DNA from: an uncultured Clostridium sp.
GTDB lineage: Bacteria; Bacillota; Clostridia; TANB77; CAG-508
Length of the DNA stretch: 64,000 bases
Reading direction: 5' to 3'
Assembly (NCBI GenBank): GCA_948467875.1
Contig: CAOKFZ010000002.1
Coordinates: 144,462 to 208,461 of the forward strand
Of this stretch, positions 9,741 through 19,474 are shown piece by piece. A program made the translations under genes and the position numbers. Every line of letters begins with the position of its first letter. Within the stretch, counting starts at the first letter, position 1. The notes beneath the pieces were generated by a model. That model did not search any database and was not told the DNA's origin. It worked only from the letters and a program-made list of their open reading frames with translations.

Positions 9741-11428
9741 TGTTTAAAAAAATATGGAATGAATATAAAAAATTGGCGTTTCATGCAAGTCTGGGAAGGA
9801 CGCTTACCAGCGTTATGGTAGTTGTTTTTATTGCGTTTATGATTGTGATGGTGGAGTTTGCCATTCCAAGTGGGGACCTCAAACTGATTATTAAATTAGG
9901 GATTTCCTATGTGATTGTCAATGTAATAAGAGCCATGGCAACTTTTTATGAGGATTTTTCAGATAATAATTTGCAAAGAAACATGGAAGCGGATTATCGC
10001 GAAAAAATTTTTGTTAAATTGCAAAATATGAAACAAATTGAAATGGACCAGCTGAGCGCAGGTGGCATTTTGGAAAATATGCTAAATGACACAAAAGAAA
10101 TTGCGCGTTACTGGACTTGGGGAATTGACCGTTCTTATACTGGCGGACTTTTGAGATTGGTCGGATGTTTAGCGGTTTTGATGTATTTGAATGTTCCGAT
10201 TATTGGTGTGACATTGTTGATTTATGCCATTGGATTTGTGGTTGCTTTTGGGTTTCAAAAAAAGTCGCTTCGCTTTATGGAATACAAAAGGAAAATCAAT
10301 GGCGAAATTTTGAATTTTTCCAATGAGCAAATCAATGGTTTTGAGACGATAAAATCTTTAAATGCGCAGAGTCAAAGGATTAGTGAGCTGAAAAATTTGC
10401 TTAAAAATTATGAAAATATTGTTAATCAACTCGAAAAAAATATTCGAATTTATACATGTGTTTATGAATATATTATTTCATTTGTGTTGGTTGTGACGAT
10501 ATTAATGGGCGGAATTGGGATTGTAAAAGGGATTGTTTCGTATGGAGCTTTAATTATTTTAGCACGTTACATTTCGTCGCCTAAAATATATGCGAGGTGG
10601 GTGATTGAAGGTTTTCAATATCGAAATATCAGCCGTATTTCGTATCAAAAAGTGTTGGAGATTTTGGAAAAACAAGAAGAAAATTGGGAAACAGGGAACG
10701 AGTTGCCAACTGTTAAAACGATTGAGTTTGATAATATTCATTTTTCCTATAACGAAAATCAAAAAGTGCTAAAAGGGATTTCGCTTACAGTAAACCAAAA
10801 TGAAAAAGTAGCTTTGATTGGCAGGACGGGAAGCGGAAAAACAAGTTTTGTAAATTTGCTTTGCCGTTTTTATGATTTAGAAAAGGGGCAAATTTTAATC
10901 AATGGACGAAATTACAAAGAGTTTAATATCCAAAGCTTGCGTGACAAAATTGGCTATATTATGCAAAAAGTAGTGATTTTTGAAGGGACGATTTTGGAAA
11001 ACATTAATTATGCGAAAAAAGAAATTTCAAAAGAGCAAATCATCGAAATTTGCCAAAAATTAAATTTACATGAGAAGATTATGCAGTTTGAAAATGGCTA
11101 TGAGACAGTGATTGACAACGAGACAGATTTGTTTTCCAATGGTGAAAAGCAAATGCTGGGGTTTGCACGCGTTATGGTTGAAAATCCAGATATTATTATT
11201 TTGGATGAAGCGACTGCATCTCTTAGCTATAAGTCTGAAATGCTTGTTAGAAAAGCGACCGAAGAAATTACGAAAAATAAAATCAGTTTTATTATCGCTC
11301 ATCGTTTGTCTACCATCAAAAATTGTGATAAAATTTTATTTATGCAAGATGGCAAAATTATCGAAGCAGGAAATCACGAAGAATTAATGCAAAAACAGGG
11401 CGAGTATTACAAATTAGTCAATGTGTAA
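9737..11428 (+). CDS. ABC exporter (fused TMD-NBD), probable heterodimer partner
   Basis: Walker A GRTGSGKTS, variant signature SNGEKQ, Walker B IIILDEATASLS, H-loop AHRLSTI. The start overlaps the previous stop codon (ATGA). Confidence 0.9.
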   Translation: MMFKKIWNEYKKLAFHASLGRTLTSVMVVVFIAFMIVMVEFAIPSGDLKLIIKLGISYVIVNVIRAMATFYEDFSDNNLQRNMEADYREKIFVKLQNMKQIEMDQLSAGGILENMLNDTKEIARYWTWGIDRSYTGGLLRLVGCLAVLMYLNVPIIGVTLLIYAIGFVVAFGFQKKSLRFMEYKRKINGEILNFSNEQINGFETIKSLNAQSQRISELKNLLKNYENIVNQLEKNIRIYTCVYEYIISFVLVVTILMGGIGIVKGIVSYGALIILARYISSPKIYARWVIEGFQYRNISRISYQKVLEILEKQEENWETGNELPTVKTIEFDNIHFSYNENQKVLKGISLTVNQNEKVALIGRTGSGKTSFVNLLCRFYDLEKGQILINGRNYKEFNIQSLRDKIGYIMQKVVIFEGTILENINYAKKEISKEQIIEICQKLNLHEKIMQFENGYETVIDNETDLFSNGEKQMLGFARVMVENPDIIILDEATASLSYKSEMLVRKATEEITKNKISFIIAHRLSTIKNCDKILFMQDGKIIEAGNHEELMQKQGEYYKLVNV

Positions 11429-11439
11429 AGGAGTTAAAA

Positions 11440-12738
11440 ATGAATACACGAGAATTAAAACAAGCCAGAAGAAGAAACGCAAAATTATATCCAGTTTACA
11501 AAATGCTTTCATGGGATTTGTTATTTTACAATTCGATTGAATTTTTGTTTTTTACGATAACCAAAGGCATTACCGCCACAGAATTTTTAATCATCAGTGG
11601 ATTGTATGTGTTTTTCAAAGTTTTAACATTTGTGCCAGCAGTTGCAGTTTCTGATATTTTTGGAAAGCGAAAAAGCATGATTGTAGCCAATTTTTTTGTG
11701 GCTTTGCATCTTGTCATTTTATTATTTTGTCAGGGAATGCTAAGCATATTAGTGTCGATGTTTATTTGTGCCCTTGGATATAGTATTAAATCCATGACAG
11801 ATTCTAATTTATTGTACGACTCGGTTTCCACCAAAGGAGGAGATGGCTTATACGAAAAAATTGATGCCCAAGGCGGAACATTTTATTATTTATTAGATGG
11901 AATTGCTTCTTTGACAGCTGGTTATTTATTTGTGGTGAACCAATATTTACCAATTTACATTTGTTTAGGATTTGCTATTTTGGCAACGGTTGTTTCCGTA
12001 TTTTTCAAAGAAATTTATGAGCCAGAAGATTTCGAAAAAGGCAAATTTATGAAAACCGTAAAAGAATATTCAGAAGATTTGAAAGTATCCATGAAATTTA
12101 TTGTGGGTTCAAGAAGAATGAAATCTTATATTTTGTTTGGCGCTGTGTTTTATGGAATTATCACAGTATATGATACTTACAAAGGCGATTTGCTAGTTGA
12201 CATGGGAATTTCGGAAGAACAATTCTCCATGATTTTTGCTATCTTAACATTTATTGGAGGACTTTCGGTTGCTTTAATTAAAAGTCTGGAAAAGAAATTT
12301 AAAAATCGAGTGCTAACTTTTTTGTCAATGACCTATATTATAAGTTACGTTATGGTAGGATTTTTTGTAACTCGATTTGAAGGAAATGCCATTTTGCCAA
12401 TGATTTTGCTTATGTATGGAATGGCTAGAATTGTAACTGCGAATTGGTACATATTAGAATATAAATATTTGAAGAATTTTAGCCAGCCACAAATGCGCAA
12501 TAAAATTACATTTGCGTATGAATTCATTGGTGGAATTACTGCCAGCATCATTGCTATGTTAGGTGGCTGGTTGGTCGATATTATCAATATTAAGGACGCG
12601 TTTTTAGTTTTTGGACTGGCATCACTTGCTGTTATGATTCTGATTTTGGATTATATGCGAACACGATTTGGTTTAAAGCCAGAAGAATATCGAAAAGAAG
12701 ATATTGAATTTGTTGAGAAAGAGGCTGATTTGAAGTGA
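11440..12738 (+). CDS. MFS-type transporter
   Basis: 432 aa, with hydrophobic helices throughout and basic loop motifs. The family call is made by eye only. Confidence 0.7.
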   Translation: MNTRELKQARRRNAKLYPVYKMLSWDLLFYNSIEFLFFTITKGITATEFLIISGLYVFFKVLTFVPAVAVSDIFGKRKSMIVANFFVALHLVILLFCQGMLSILVSMFICALGYSIKSMTDSNLLYDSVSTKGGDGLYEKIDAQGGTFYYLLDGIASLTAGYLFVVNQYLPIYICLGFAILATVVSVFFKEIYEPEDFEKGKFMKTVKEYSEDLKVSMKFIVGSRRMKSYILFGAVFYGIITVYDTYKGDLLVDMGISEEQFSMIFAILTFIGGLSVALIKSLEKKFKNRVLTFLSMTYIISYVMVGFFVTRFEGNAILPMILLMYGMARIVTANWYILEYKYLKNFSQPQMRNKITFAYEFIGGITASIIAMLGGWLVDIINIKDAFLVFGLASLAVMILILDYMRTRFGLKPEEYRKEDIEFVEKEADLK

Positions 12739-13880
12739 AAGAATATTTTTACAAAAGAGAATACAAATGGCTCTATTTAACCAAATTTTTCTATATATTT
12801 GCCAACTCGTTTATAGACATATTTGGCACAGTTATGCTCTATAAAAACGGAATGCCGTTATATGAAATACTTTTGATTTATGGTTTGCGCTTCGGCCTCA
12901 TGGGTTTATGTTCGCCTTTATTTTTAAAAGTTGCCTCAAAATATGGCATTGCAAGTTGCGCCATATTGGCGAATATGTTAAGAATAGCAGGTGTTTATAT
13001 GATACAAAATGGAGCGCAAAATAATTTGCTTTTATTTGTTTTTGTATTGAGTTTGCCTGGGGCTTTGGCAAATCCAATTGCAGATGCTGTTTCTAGCAAA
13101 TATGTTGAAAATGAACATCGTGGCAGATACAATAGCATGCGAAATATTGCAAGAATTTGTGGACAAGCACTTGCTAGCATATTTGTAACTTGGGGCGTTG
13201 TGACAAACAATCAAACCTTGCTGCTTCTCATTATTTCGATTTTCTTTTTGCTGGATTATTTATGCACAGCGGTTGTGGATTACAAACCACAAATCAAGAA
13301 CCAACAAGTCTTTAAAGAAACGATAAAATATGTATTCAAACATATAGACAGTTATGAATTAGTATTTTCGTTAAGAACCAATCACATTATTGAAAGGTTA
13401 TTTGTGCCTTTATATTTGTATCTTGTTTTGCAGGATTTTGTGGCATTTGGAACAGTTATGGCAAGCTCACTTAGTTTTCAGATTGTAACAGTCGTGTTAG
13501 TAGGAAGACTAACCGATAAAGATACTCAAAAAACAAACAATTTTGTAACTCTCATTAAAATCATGATAACAGCTATATTTTTATTTGTAAGAGATAAAAT
13601 ATGGATTTCGTTTAACAAAATGCTGAGTGACAATTTTGAAAAAGTATATGAAACAACTGTGCAAACGTCTTTGCAAAATCAGATAAAAAAGTCCCAAGAA
13701 GATAATTCATTATTGTCTACAGCAGGGCAAATGAGCTTGTGCTTTACAGAATTTTTTGTGTTTTTAGGACTTAGCATAATGAGTTATTTTGTGGGCATTA
13801 ACGTATTTTATGTGATTTTTATTTTGTCGATTTTTTCAAGTTTAGGAATTAATTTATTGGTAAAAGAAAGTGAGGATTAA
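12735..13880 (+). CDS. MFS-like polytopic membrane protein
   Basis: The GTG start overlaps the upstream stop codon. 381 aa, hydrophobic throughout. Confidence 0.65.
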   Translation: MKEYFYKREYKWLYLTKFFYIFANSFIDIFGTVMLYKNGMPLYEILLIYGLRFGLMGLCSPLFLKVASKYGIASCAILANMLRIAGVYMIQNGAQNNLLLFVFVLSLPGALANPIADAVSSKYVENEHRGRYNSMRNIARICGQALASIFVTWGVVTNNQTLLLLIISIFFLLDYLCTAVVDYKPQIKNQQVFKETIKYVFKHIDSYELVFSLRTNHIIERLFVPLYLYLVLQDFVAFGTVMASSLSFQIVTVVLVGRLTDKDTQKTNNFVTLIKIMITAIFLFVRDKIWISFNKMLSDNFEKVYETTVQTSLQNQIKKSQEDNSLLSTAGQMSLCFTEFFVFLGLSIMSYFVGINVFYVIFILSIFSSLGINLLVKESED

Positions 13881-13883
13881 AAA

Positions 13884-14576
13884 ATGATAACTCAAATCAG
13901 GCAAGAATTGCAGAATTTAGCAGATGAAAAATATGCACAATTTAATCAAAAATTATGTCCAGATACCAAAAGAAAAATGTTAGGGGTGCGTGTGCCGCAG
14001 CTGCGAAAATTGGCACAGAAAATTGCCAAACAAGACAATTGGAATGAATTTCTAAAACAAACAGATGACACTTGTTTTGAAGAAGTACTTTTGCAAGGTT
14101 TGATAATTGCTTATAGAAAATTAGAAATTGACGAAAAGTTAGAATATGTAAAATGGTTTGTGCCTAAAATAGATAGCTGGGCAATTTGTGATACGTTTTG
14201 CCCAACTTTAAAAATCAAGCCACAAGATTTGCCACAAATTTGGGATTTTGTGCAACCATATTTACGCTCAAAAGAAGAATTTGAAGTGCGTTTTGCAGTG
14301 ATTATGATGCTAGATTATTACATCACAGAAGAATATGTTGACCAAGTTTTGCAAAAATTAGATAGAGTAGAGCATGAAGGGTATTATGTCAAAATGGCGG
14401 TAGCATGGACCATTGCTGAAATGGGAGCGAAATTTAATCAAAAAACAATGGATTATTTGCAAAGTGAAAACCAGTTAGACAAATTTACGTTTAACAAAGC
14501 ATTACAAAAAATGCGTGAATCTTACCGAATTGACAAAGAGCAAAAAGAAATTTTGAAGGCAATGAAAAGGAAATAA
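13884..14576 (+). CDS. DNA alkylation repair protein (AlkD-like HEAT-repeat glycosylase family)
   Basis: YAQFNQKLCPDTKRKMLGVRVPQLRKLAQKIAK and IDSWAICDTF resemble the DNA_alkylation family N-terminus and the SWWD-type catalytic region. Confidence 0.8.
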   Translation: MITQIRQELQNLADEKYAQFNQKLCPDTKRKMLGVRVPQLRKLAQKIAKQDNWNEFLKQTDDTCFEEVLLQGLIIAYRKLEIDEKLEYVKWFVPKIDSWAICDTFCPTLKIKPQDLPQIWDFVQPYLRSKEEFEVRFAVIMMLDYYITEEYVDQVLQKLDRVEHEGYYVKMAVAWTIAEMGAKFNQKTMDYLQSENQLDKFTFNKALQKMRESYRIDKEQKEILKAMKRK

Positions 14577-14579
14577 AAG

Positions 14580-14620
14580 CCAAACAACCGAGAAAGTAGG
14601 AAACTTTATCGGTTGTTTGG
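14580..14620. terminator. Bidirectional terminator between convergent genes
   Basis: Perfect 11-bp stem ccaaacaaccg / cggttgtttgg. Confidence 0.7.
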
Positions 14621-14630
14621 TGGCAGATTG

Positions 14631-14975
14631 TCAGATGGATTCCACGGATGCTACATACAGTAGCCAGAGGTCTCCATAAGGATAATTCTGCACAAGAATT
14701 AATTTGCAGAATTTTCCTTCAAACTCGACACTGGCAAAATCTGCTTTCGCAGTTTGCGTTTCAAGCATCGAAAGTGGAACGAGATGCAAGTTGGTTTCAG
14801 CATCCCAAAATTCAGTTACCTCTGTCAGCTCACTGAGAAAAAGCTCTGCATTAGCAATTTTTCTCTCATGAGCTTCCATTAAGGATACGATAATAGGTGC
14901 ATTGGAATTTAACACCTTTTCCAATCGATCCTTTTTGGAGTTTATCTGCCGTGTAATTTTTTCCATATTTTTCAT
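14631..14975 (-). CDS. Hypothetical protein (114 aa)
   Basis: ORF on the minus strand. It looks more GC-rich than its neighbours by eye. No motif recognised. Confidence 0.55.
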   Translation of the reverse strand: MKNMEKITRQINSKKDRLEKVLNSNAPIIVSLMEAHERKIANAELFLSELTEVTEFWDAETNLHLVPLSMLETQTAKADFASVEFEGKFCKLILVQNYPYGDLWLLYVASVESI

Positions 14976-15228
14976 AATGTTCCCTTTCTGCCCTACCGGC
15001 TATGTCTTCTGTATCAACTAATACTGTACTTAGTGTCAACAGAAAACTTATTAAATTAAAGTTATATTTACTTAATCATATAATATCATATTTTACATAA
15101 AATGTCAAGTGTTTTTTGAAAAAATTTACATAAAATTTCCACAAATTGTTTATTTTTTTGCCAAAAAGTATAGTAAAATTTGGCTAAGTATGATATACTA
15201 GAACTATCAATTTAAAGGAGAGTAAAAA

Positions 15229-16272
15229 ATGGAAAAAAGTTTTAGCGAGAGTTATAAAAATGCGGGTGTAGACGTAACGGCTGGTTACAAATCGGTTGAG
15301 TTGATGAAAAAATCAATTCAAAGTACATATAATGAAGGAGTCATGGGAGATATTGGTGGTTTTGGTGGACTTTTTGCACCGAATTTAAGTGGCATGAAAG
15401 AACCAATTTTGGTATCTGGAACAGACGGAGTTGGTACTAAATTAAAATTAGCTTTTTTGATGAACAAGCATGATACGATTGGGCAAGATTGTGTGGCTAT
15501 GTGTGTGAATGACATTGTGTGCTGTGGCGCAAAACCATTGTTCTTTTTGGACTATATGTCTCTTTGGAAAAATATTCCTGAGATGGTGGCAAGCATTGTC
15601 AGTGGCGTGGCAAATGGTTGTAGACAAGCAGGTTGCGCCTTAGTGGGTGGTGAAACAGCAGAGATGCCAGGCATGTATGCAGAAGGTGAATACGATTTAG
15701 CAGGTTTTGCAGTTGGCATGGTGGACAAAGAGAAAATGATTAAAAGTGAGACTATTGAAGTTGGAGATAAAGTAATTGGGCTTGCTTCAAGTGGCGTGCA
15801 TTCGAATGGTTTTTCTCTAATTCGTAAGTTATTTCGCATAGGAACAGACGAAAATGCCTTAAATCAATACCAAGAAGAATTGGGCATGAGTTTGGGAGAA
15901 AGTTTGTTGATGCCAACGAAAATTTATGTAAAATCAGCGTTGGAGCTAATTTCTAAAGTAAATGTCAAAGGAATTTCGCATATTACTGGTGGCGGTTTTT
16001 ATGAGAATATGCCTCGTATGTTAAATGAAAAAGTGGCATTAAATATTAAAAAAGATGCGTATCCAATACCAAAAATTTTCCAATTAATGCAAAAAGTGGG
16101 CGATATTCCTGAACATGATATGTACAATACATTTAATATGGGAATTGGTATGGCAATTATTGTGCCAGAGGCGCAGGTAGAACAGTCTTTGCAAATCTTG
16201 AAAGATTGTGGCGAAGAAGCTTATTTAATAGGCGAAGTGGTTGCTGGTAACAAAGAGATAAATTTAGGGTAG
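15229..16272 (+). CDS. purM: Phosphoribosylformylglycinamidine cyclo-ligase (AIR synthase)
   Basis: SYKNAGVDV...GGFGGLF...GTDGVGTKLK...GGETAEMPGMY are hallmark blocks. AAAGGAG SD. Confidence 0.95.
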   Translation: MEKSFSESYKNAGVDVTAGYKSVELMKKSIQSTYNEGVMGDIGGFGGLFAPNLSGMKEPILVSGTDGVGTKLKLAFLMNKHDTIGQDCVAMCVNDIVCCGAKPLFFLDYMSLWKNIPEMVASIVSGVANGCRQAGCALVGGETAEMPGMYAEGEYDLAGFAVGMVDKEKMIKSETIEVGDKVIGLASSGVHSNGFSLIRKLFRIGTDENALNQYQEELGMSLGESLLMPTKIYVKSALELISKVNVKGISHITGGGFYENMPRMLNEKVALNIKKDAYPIPKIFQLMQKVGDIPEHDMYNTFNMGIGMAIIVPEAQVEQSLQILKDCGEEAYLIGEVVAGNKEINLG

Positions 16273-16312
16273 AAGTAATGATATTTATTAATTTTGAAGT
16301 GACTTGTGGGGA

Positions 16313-16371
16313 CCGTTCAAAAATTATCAAAATCTTTGATTTTGATATAATTTTTAGAATGGGGAGAACGG
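16313..16371 (+). terminator. Long AT-rich hairpin after purM
   Basis: ccgttc/gaacgg outer stem encloses aaaaattatcaaaatc / gattttgat(at)ataattttt (about 16 bp with a 2-nt bulge). Confidence 0.45.
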
Positions 16372-16399
16372 AAAAATTTATAAATATCATTATAAGAAA

Positions 16400-16429
16400 T
16401 TGACATAAGTCAGAAAAATATGATATAAT
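16400..16429 (+). promoter_or_regulatory. Sigma-A-like promoter of tsaC-pth-rimO
   Basis: TTGACA (16400-16405), 18-nt spacer ending in TGa, then TATAAT (16424-16429). Confidence 0.55.
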
Positions 16430-16452
16430 ATACGCTACGTGAGGTAGAGATA

Positions 16453-17493
16453 ATGTATTTTAACTGGAAAAAATCAACAAACACAGAAGAATTGAAAATT
16501 GTATGTAATTTAATAAAAAATGGCGAGATAGTAATTTTTCCAACAGAAACAGTTTATGGAATTGGGGCAAACGCTTATGACGAAGAAGCTGTTGGAAAAA
16601 TTTTTATGGCAAAAGGTCGTTCATTGGATAATCCACTGATTGTACATATTGCAGACAAAAAAATGATAAATGAAATAGCAACCGATATTACAACAGTGGA
16701 ACAAAAGTTGATTGACCATTTTTTTCCAGGACCATTTACTTTGGTTCTAGACAAAACAGACAAAATTCCAGCCATTGTATCAGCAGGCTTAAAAACAGTT
16801 GCTGTTAGAATGCCAGACAATGTGATTGCCAGAGGGATTATTACCTTTTCAGGAGTTCCTATTGTAGCGCCAAGTGCCAATATTTCTGGTCGTCCAAGTG
16901 GGACAAGTGTGGAGGATATCCGAAAAGAATTAGAAGGAAAAGTTTCGGCCATTGTGGATGGTGGCGAAACGGAGATTGGACTAGAATCCACAGTCGTAAG
17001 AGTGGTAAATGAAGTGCCCCATATTTTAAGACCTGGCAAAATTACGCCACAACAAATTAAAGATGTCATAGGATGTGTGGAGTTCGCAGAGGGCGTTTTT
17101 GCCCCAGTTGACGAAAAAGAGAAAGTAGAAAGTCCTGGTTTAAAACATAAACATTATTCCCCCAAAACGCCAGCACAATTGATTTATTCACAAAATGAAG
17201 GAACCCTTATTTTTGAAATGAACCGTTTAATCAAATATTATAAAGGCGATGTGGTGGTGTTAGGCTTTGAGGAACATAAAGAAAATATTGTCGTGTCAAA
17301 ACATCGCTTCATCAGTATAGGAAGCAAGGAAAATTTAGCAGAAATTGCGCACAATATTTTTAGTAATTTACGAAAAGCAGATACATTAGGAGGACAAATA
17401 ATTTTGATAGAAGGTGTCAAAATGGAAGGTTTGGGAATTGCCATTATGAACCGATTGCTACGCAGTTGTGGATACGATTATCACGAGTTTTAG
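16453..17493 (+). CDS. tsaC: L-threonylcarbamoyladenylate synthase, long Sua5/YwlC form
   Basis: VIFPTETVYGIGANA, GRSLDNPLIVHIAD and APSANISGRPS blocks, plus a Sua5 C-terminal domain. Confidence 0.9.
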   Translation: MYFNWKKSTNTEELKIVCNLIKNGEIVIFPTETVYGIGANAYDEEAVGKIFMAKGRSLDNPLIVHIADKKMINEIATDITTVEQKLIDHFFPGPFTLVLDKTDKIPAIVSAGLKTVAVRMPDNVIARGIITFSGVPIVAPSANISGRPSGTSVEDIRKELEGKVSAIVDGGETEIGLESTVVRVVNEVPHILRPGKITPQQIKDVIGCVEFAEGVFAPVDEKEKVESPGLKHKHYSPKTPAQLIYSQNEGTLIFEMNRLIKYYKGDVVVLGFEEHKENIVVSKHRFISIGSKENLAEIAHNIFSNLRKADTLGGQIILIEGVKMEGLGIAIMNRLLRSCGYDYHEF

Positions 17494-17510
17494 AAAGGAA
17501 GAGATGCAAA

Positions 17511-18068
17511 ATGTATTTAATCGTAGGTTTGGGAAATCCAGAAGTGGATTACGCAAATACAAGACATAACATGGGATTTCAGGTTATCAATCAATTAGCC
17601 AAAGAATATGATTTAGATGTGGCACGCAAGAAGTTTAATAGCGAATATGAAAGTGCAGTCATAGAGGGCGAAAAAGTGATTTTGGTAAAGCCGCAAACTT
17701 TTATGAATGCGAGTGGAGAAGCAGTTGCAGAATTTGTGAATTTTTTTAAAATAGAGCCCAATCATATTTTGGTTATTTATGATGATATGGATATTGAAGT
17801 GGGGCAAATCAGGATCCGAAAAAGTGGCTCTCCGGGAACGCATAATGGCATAAAATCGGTTACACATTTTTTAAATCATGAGAATTTTCCACGTGTTCGT
17901 GTGGGAATTGGGAAACCTAAAAATCATGAAGATTTGATTGAATATGTGATTGGTGCGATTCCAGAAACAGAAAAAGCAGGATTGGAACAAGGCATAGAAA
18001 AAGCCAAAAATGCAGTAATTGAATTGCTAAAAAATGGAATTGATAGTGCGATGAATCAATTTAATTAA
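17511..18068 (+). CDS. pth: Peptidyl-tRNA hydrolase
   Basis: MYLIVGLGNPEVDYANTRHNMGF, preceded by AAAGGAAGAG. The listed start at 17466 is an upstream extension into tsaC. Confidence 0.95.
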   Translation: MYLIVGLGNPEVDYANTRHNMGFQVINQLAKEYDLDVARKKFNSEYESAVIEGEKVILVKPQTFMNASGEAVAEFVNFFKIEPNHILVIYDDMDIEVGQIRIRKSGSPGTHNGIKSVTHFLNHENFPRVRVGIGKPKNHEDLIEYVIGAIPETEKAGLEQGIEKAKNAVIELLKNGIDSAMNQFN

Positions 18069-18084
18069 GGGAAATGGAGAAAAA

Positions 18085-19431
18085 ATGAAAGTAGGTTTTG
18101 TTTCATTAGGATGTAGTAAGAATTTGGTTGATACAGAAATGTTGATTGGAAAGTTTAAAAAAGAAAATTTTGAAATTGTCAATCAGCCAAAAGAGGCTGA
18201 TATTCTTGTTGTGAATACGTGTGGATTTATTGAGAGTGCGAAAGAAGAAGCAATTAATACAATTTTGGAAATGGCAGAATACAAGAAAAACGGAAACTGT
18301 AAATTTTTGATTGCAACAGGTTGTCTGGTAAAAAGATATAAAACAGAGCTTGAAAAGGCTTTGCCAGAAGTAGATTTGCTTGTTTCCGTAGATGAATATG
18401 ACAAGATATGGAGCAAAGTTCAAAATTTATTGGGGCAAAAGACAAAATCTCAAAATACATTAGATTACATGGAAAGATGCATTGCTACAGGCGAGAAAAC
18501 AGCCTATTTGAAAATTGCAGAAGGTTGTAGCAATCATTGTACTTATTGTGCGATTCCAGCCATTCGCGGACCATATGTCAGTCGTCCGATGGAAGATATT
18601 TTGAAGGAAGCCAAAAGGCTTGCCAGTTTGGGTTATCAAGAATTGATTGTGATTGCACAAGATACGACAAAATATGGAATCGATTTATATGGGGTGCCAA
18701 AACTTGCGGAATTGTTAGAAAAGTTGGCTGAAATAGAGGAGATTAAATGGATACGTTTTTTGTATGCATATCCTGAAAGCATTACAGACGAATTGATTGA
18801 AGTGGTCAAAAAAAGTGAGAAAATTTGTCACTATTTTGATATTCCGCTGCAACATGTTTCAGACCCAGTTTTGAAAAAAATGAATCGAAAAAGTGATAGT
18901 AAATCCATTGAGAATTTGATACATAAATTAAAAAAAGAAATTCCTGATGTAGTGATTCGAACGACCATGATGGTTGGGTTTCCAGGAGAGATGCAGGAAG
19001 ATTTTGAAACCTTATATGCATTTGTAAAAAGGGCAAAGTTTGATAAATTGGGGGCGTTCCAATATTCCAAGGAAGAAGGGACGCCGGCTGCCAAATTGCC
19101 AAACCAAGTACATTACAAGACAAAACAAAAACGTTGGAATGTTTTAATGAAATTGCAAGAAGAAATTGTCAAAGAAAAGTTGCAAGAAAAAGTGGGAAAT
19201 ACTTATGAAGTGCTTATGGATAGCGCATCTGACAAATACTGGATAGCAAGAAGTTATATGGATATTCCGGATGAAGATGGCGTTATTTATGTAAAAAAGT
19301 TGTCAACTTCAGGTTGCGCAACCAGTAGTTGCGCAACTGATAGTTGCAAAGCGATGATTGGAAAATTTATAAAATGCAAAATTATAGGCGTCAAAGGTTA
19401 TGATTTAATAGGGGAAATAGTTGACGAATGA
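18085..19431 (+). CDS. rimO: Ribosomal protein S12 methylthiotransferase (radical SAM)
   Basis: MKVGFVSLGCSKNLVDTE N-terminus, the CxxxCxxC cluster (CSNHCTYC) and a TRAM-like C-terminus. Confidence 0.9.
   Translation: MKVGFVSLGCSKNLVDTEMLIGKFKKENFEIVNQPKEADILVVNTCGFIESAKEEAINTILEMAEYKKNGNCKFLIATGCLVKRYKTELEKALPEVDLLVSVDEYDKIWSKVQNLLGQKTKSQNTLDYMERCIATGEKTAYLKIAEGCSNHCTYCAIPAIRGPYVSRPMEDILKEAKRLASLGYQELIVIAQDTTKYGIDLYGVPKLAELLEKLAEIEEIKWIRFLYAYPESITDELIEVVKKSEKICHYFDIPLQHVSDPVLKKMNRKSDSKSIENLIHKLKKEIPDVVIRTTMMVGFPGEMQEDFETLYAFVKRAKFDKLGAFQYSKEEGTPAAKLPNQVHYKTKQKRWNVLMKLQEEIVKEKLQEKVGNTYEVLMDSASDKYWIARSYMDIPDEDGVIYVKKLSTSGCATSSCATDSCKAMIGKFIKCKIIGVKGYDLIGEIVDE
19312..19356 (+). repeat. 15-bp tandem repeat x3 inside rimO (two perfect 12-bp palindromes)
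   Basis: The units are ggttgcgcaaccagt / agttgcgcaactgat / agttgcaaagcgatg. They are in frame and encode GCATS-SCATD-SCKAM. Confidence 0.9.
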
Positions 19432-19474
19432 GAAAAATTTTTATAAAATAGAAAAAACAATAAAAGAGGAATGA

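Noticed and set aside
14976-15228. Purine riboswitch or PurBox upstream of purM (and likewise 30088-30167 upstream of purL)
   Set aside because: I could not find the conserved purine-riboswitch junction motifs (…UAUA…GAUAUGG…CCGUAAAU…-like). The purL leader is only about 28 nt after the predicted -10.
16575-17069. 164-aa minus-strand ORF inside tsaC
   Set aside because: It is antisense to conserved TsaC/Sua5 coding sequence. Its composition is low-complexity Ser/Thr/Ile and it has no start context.
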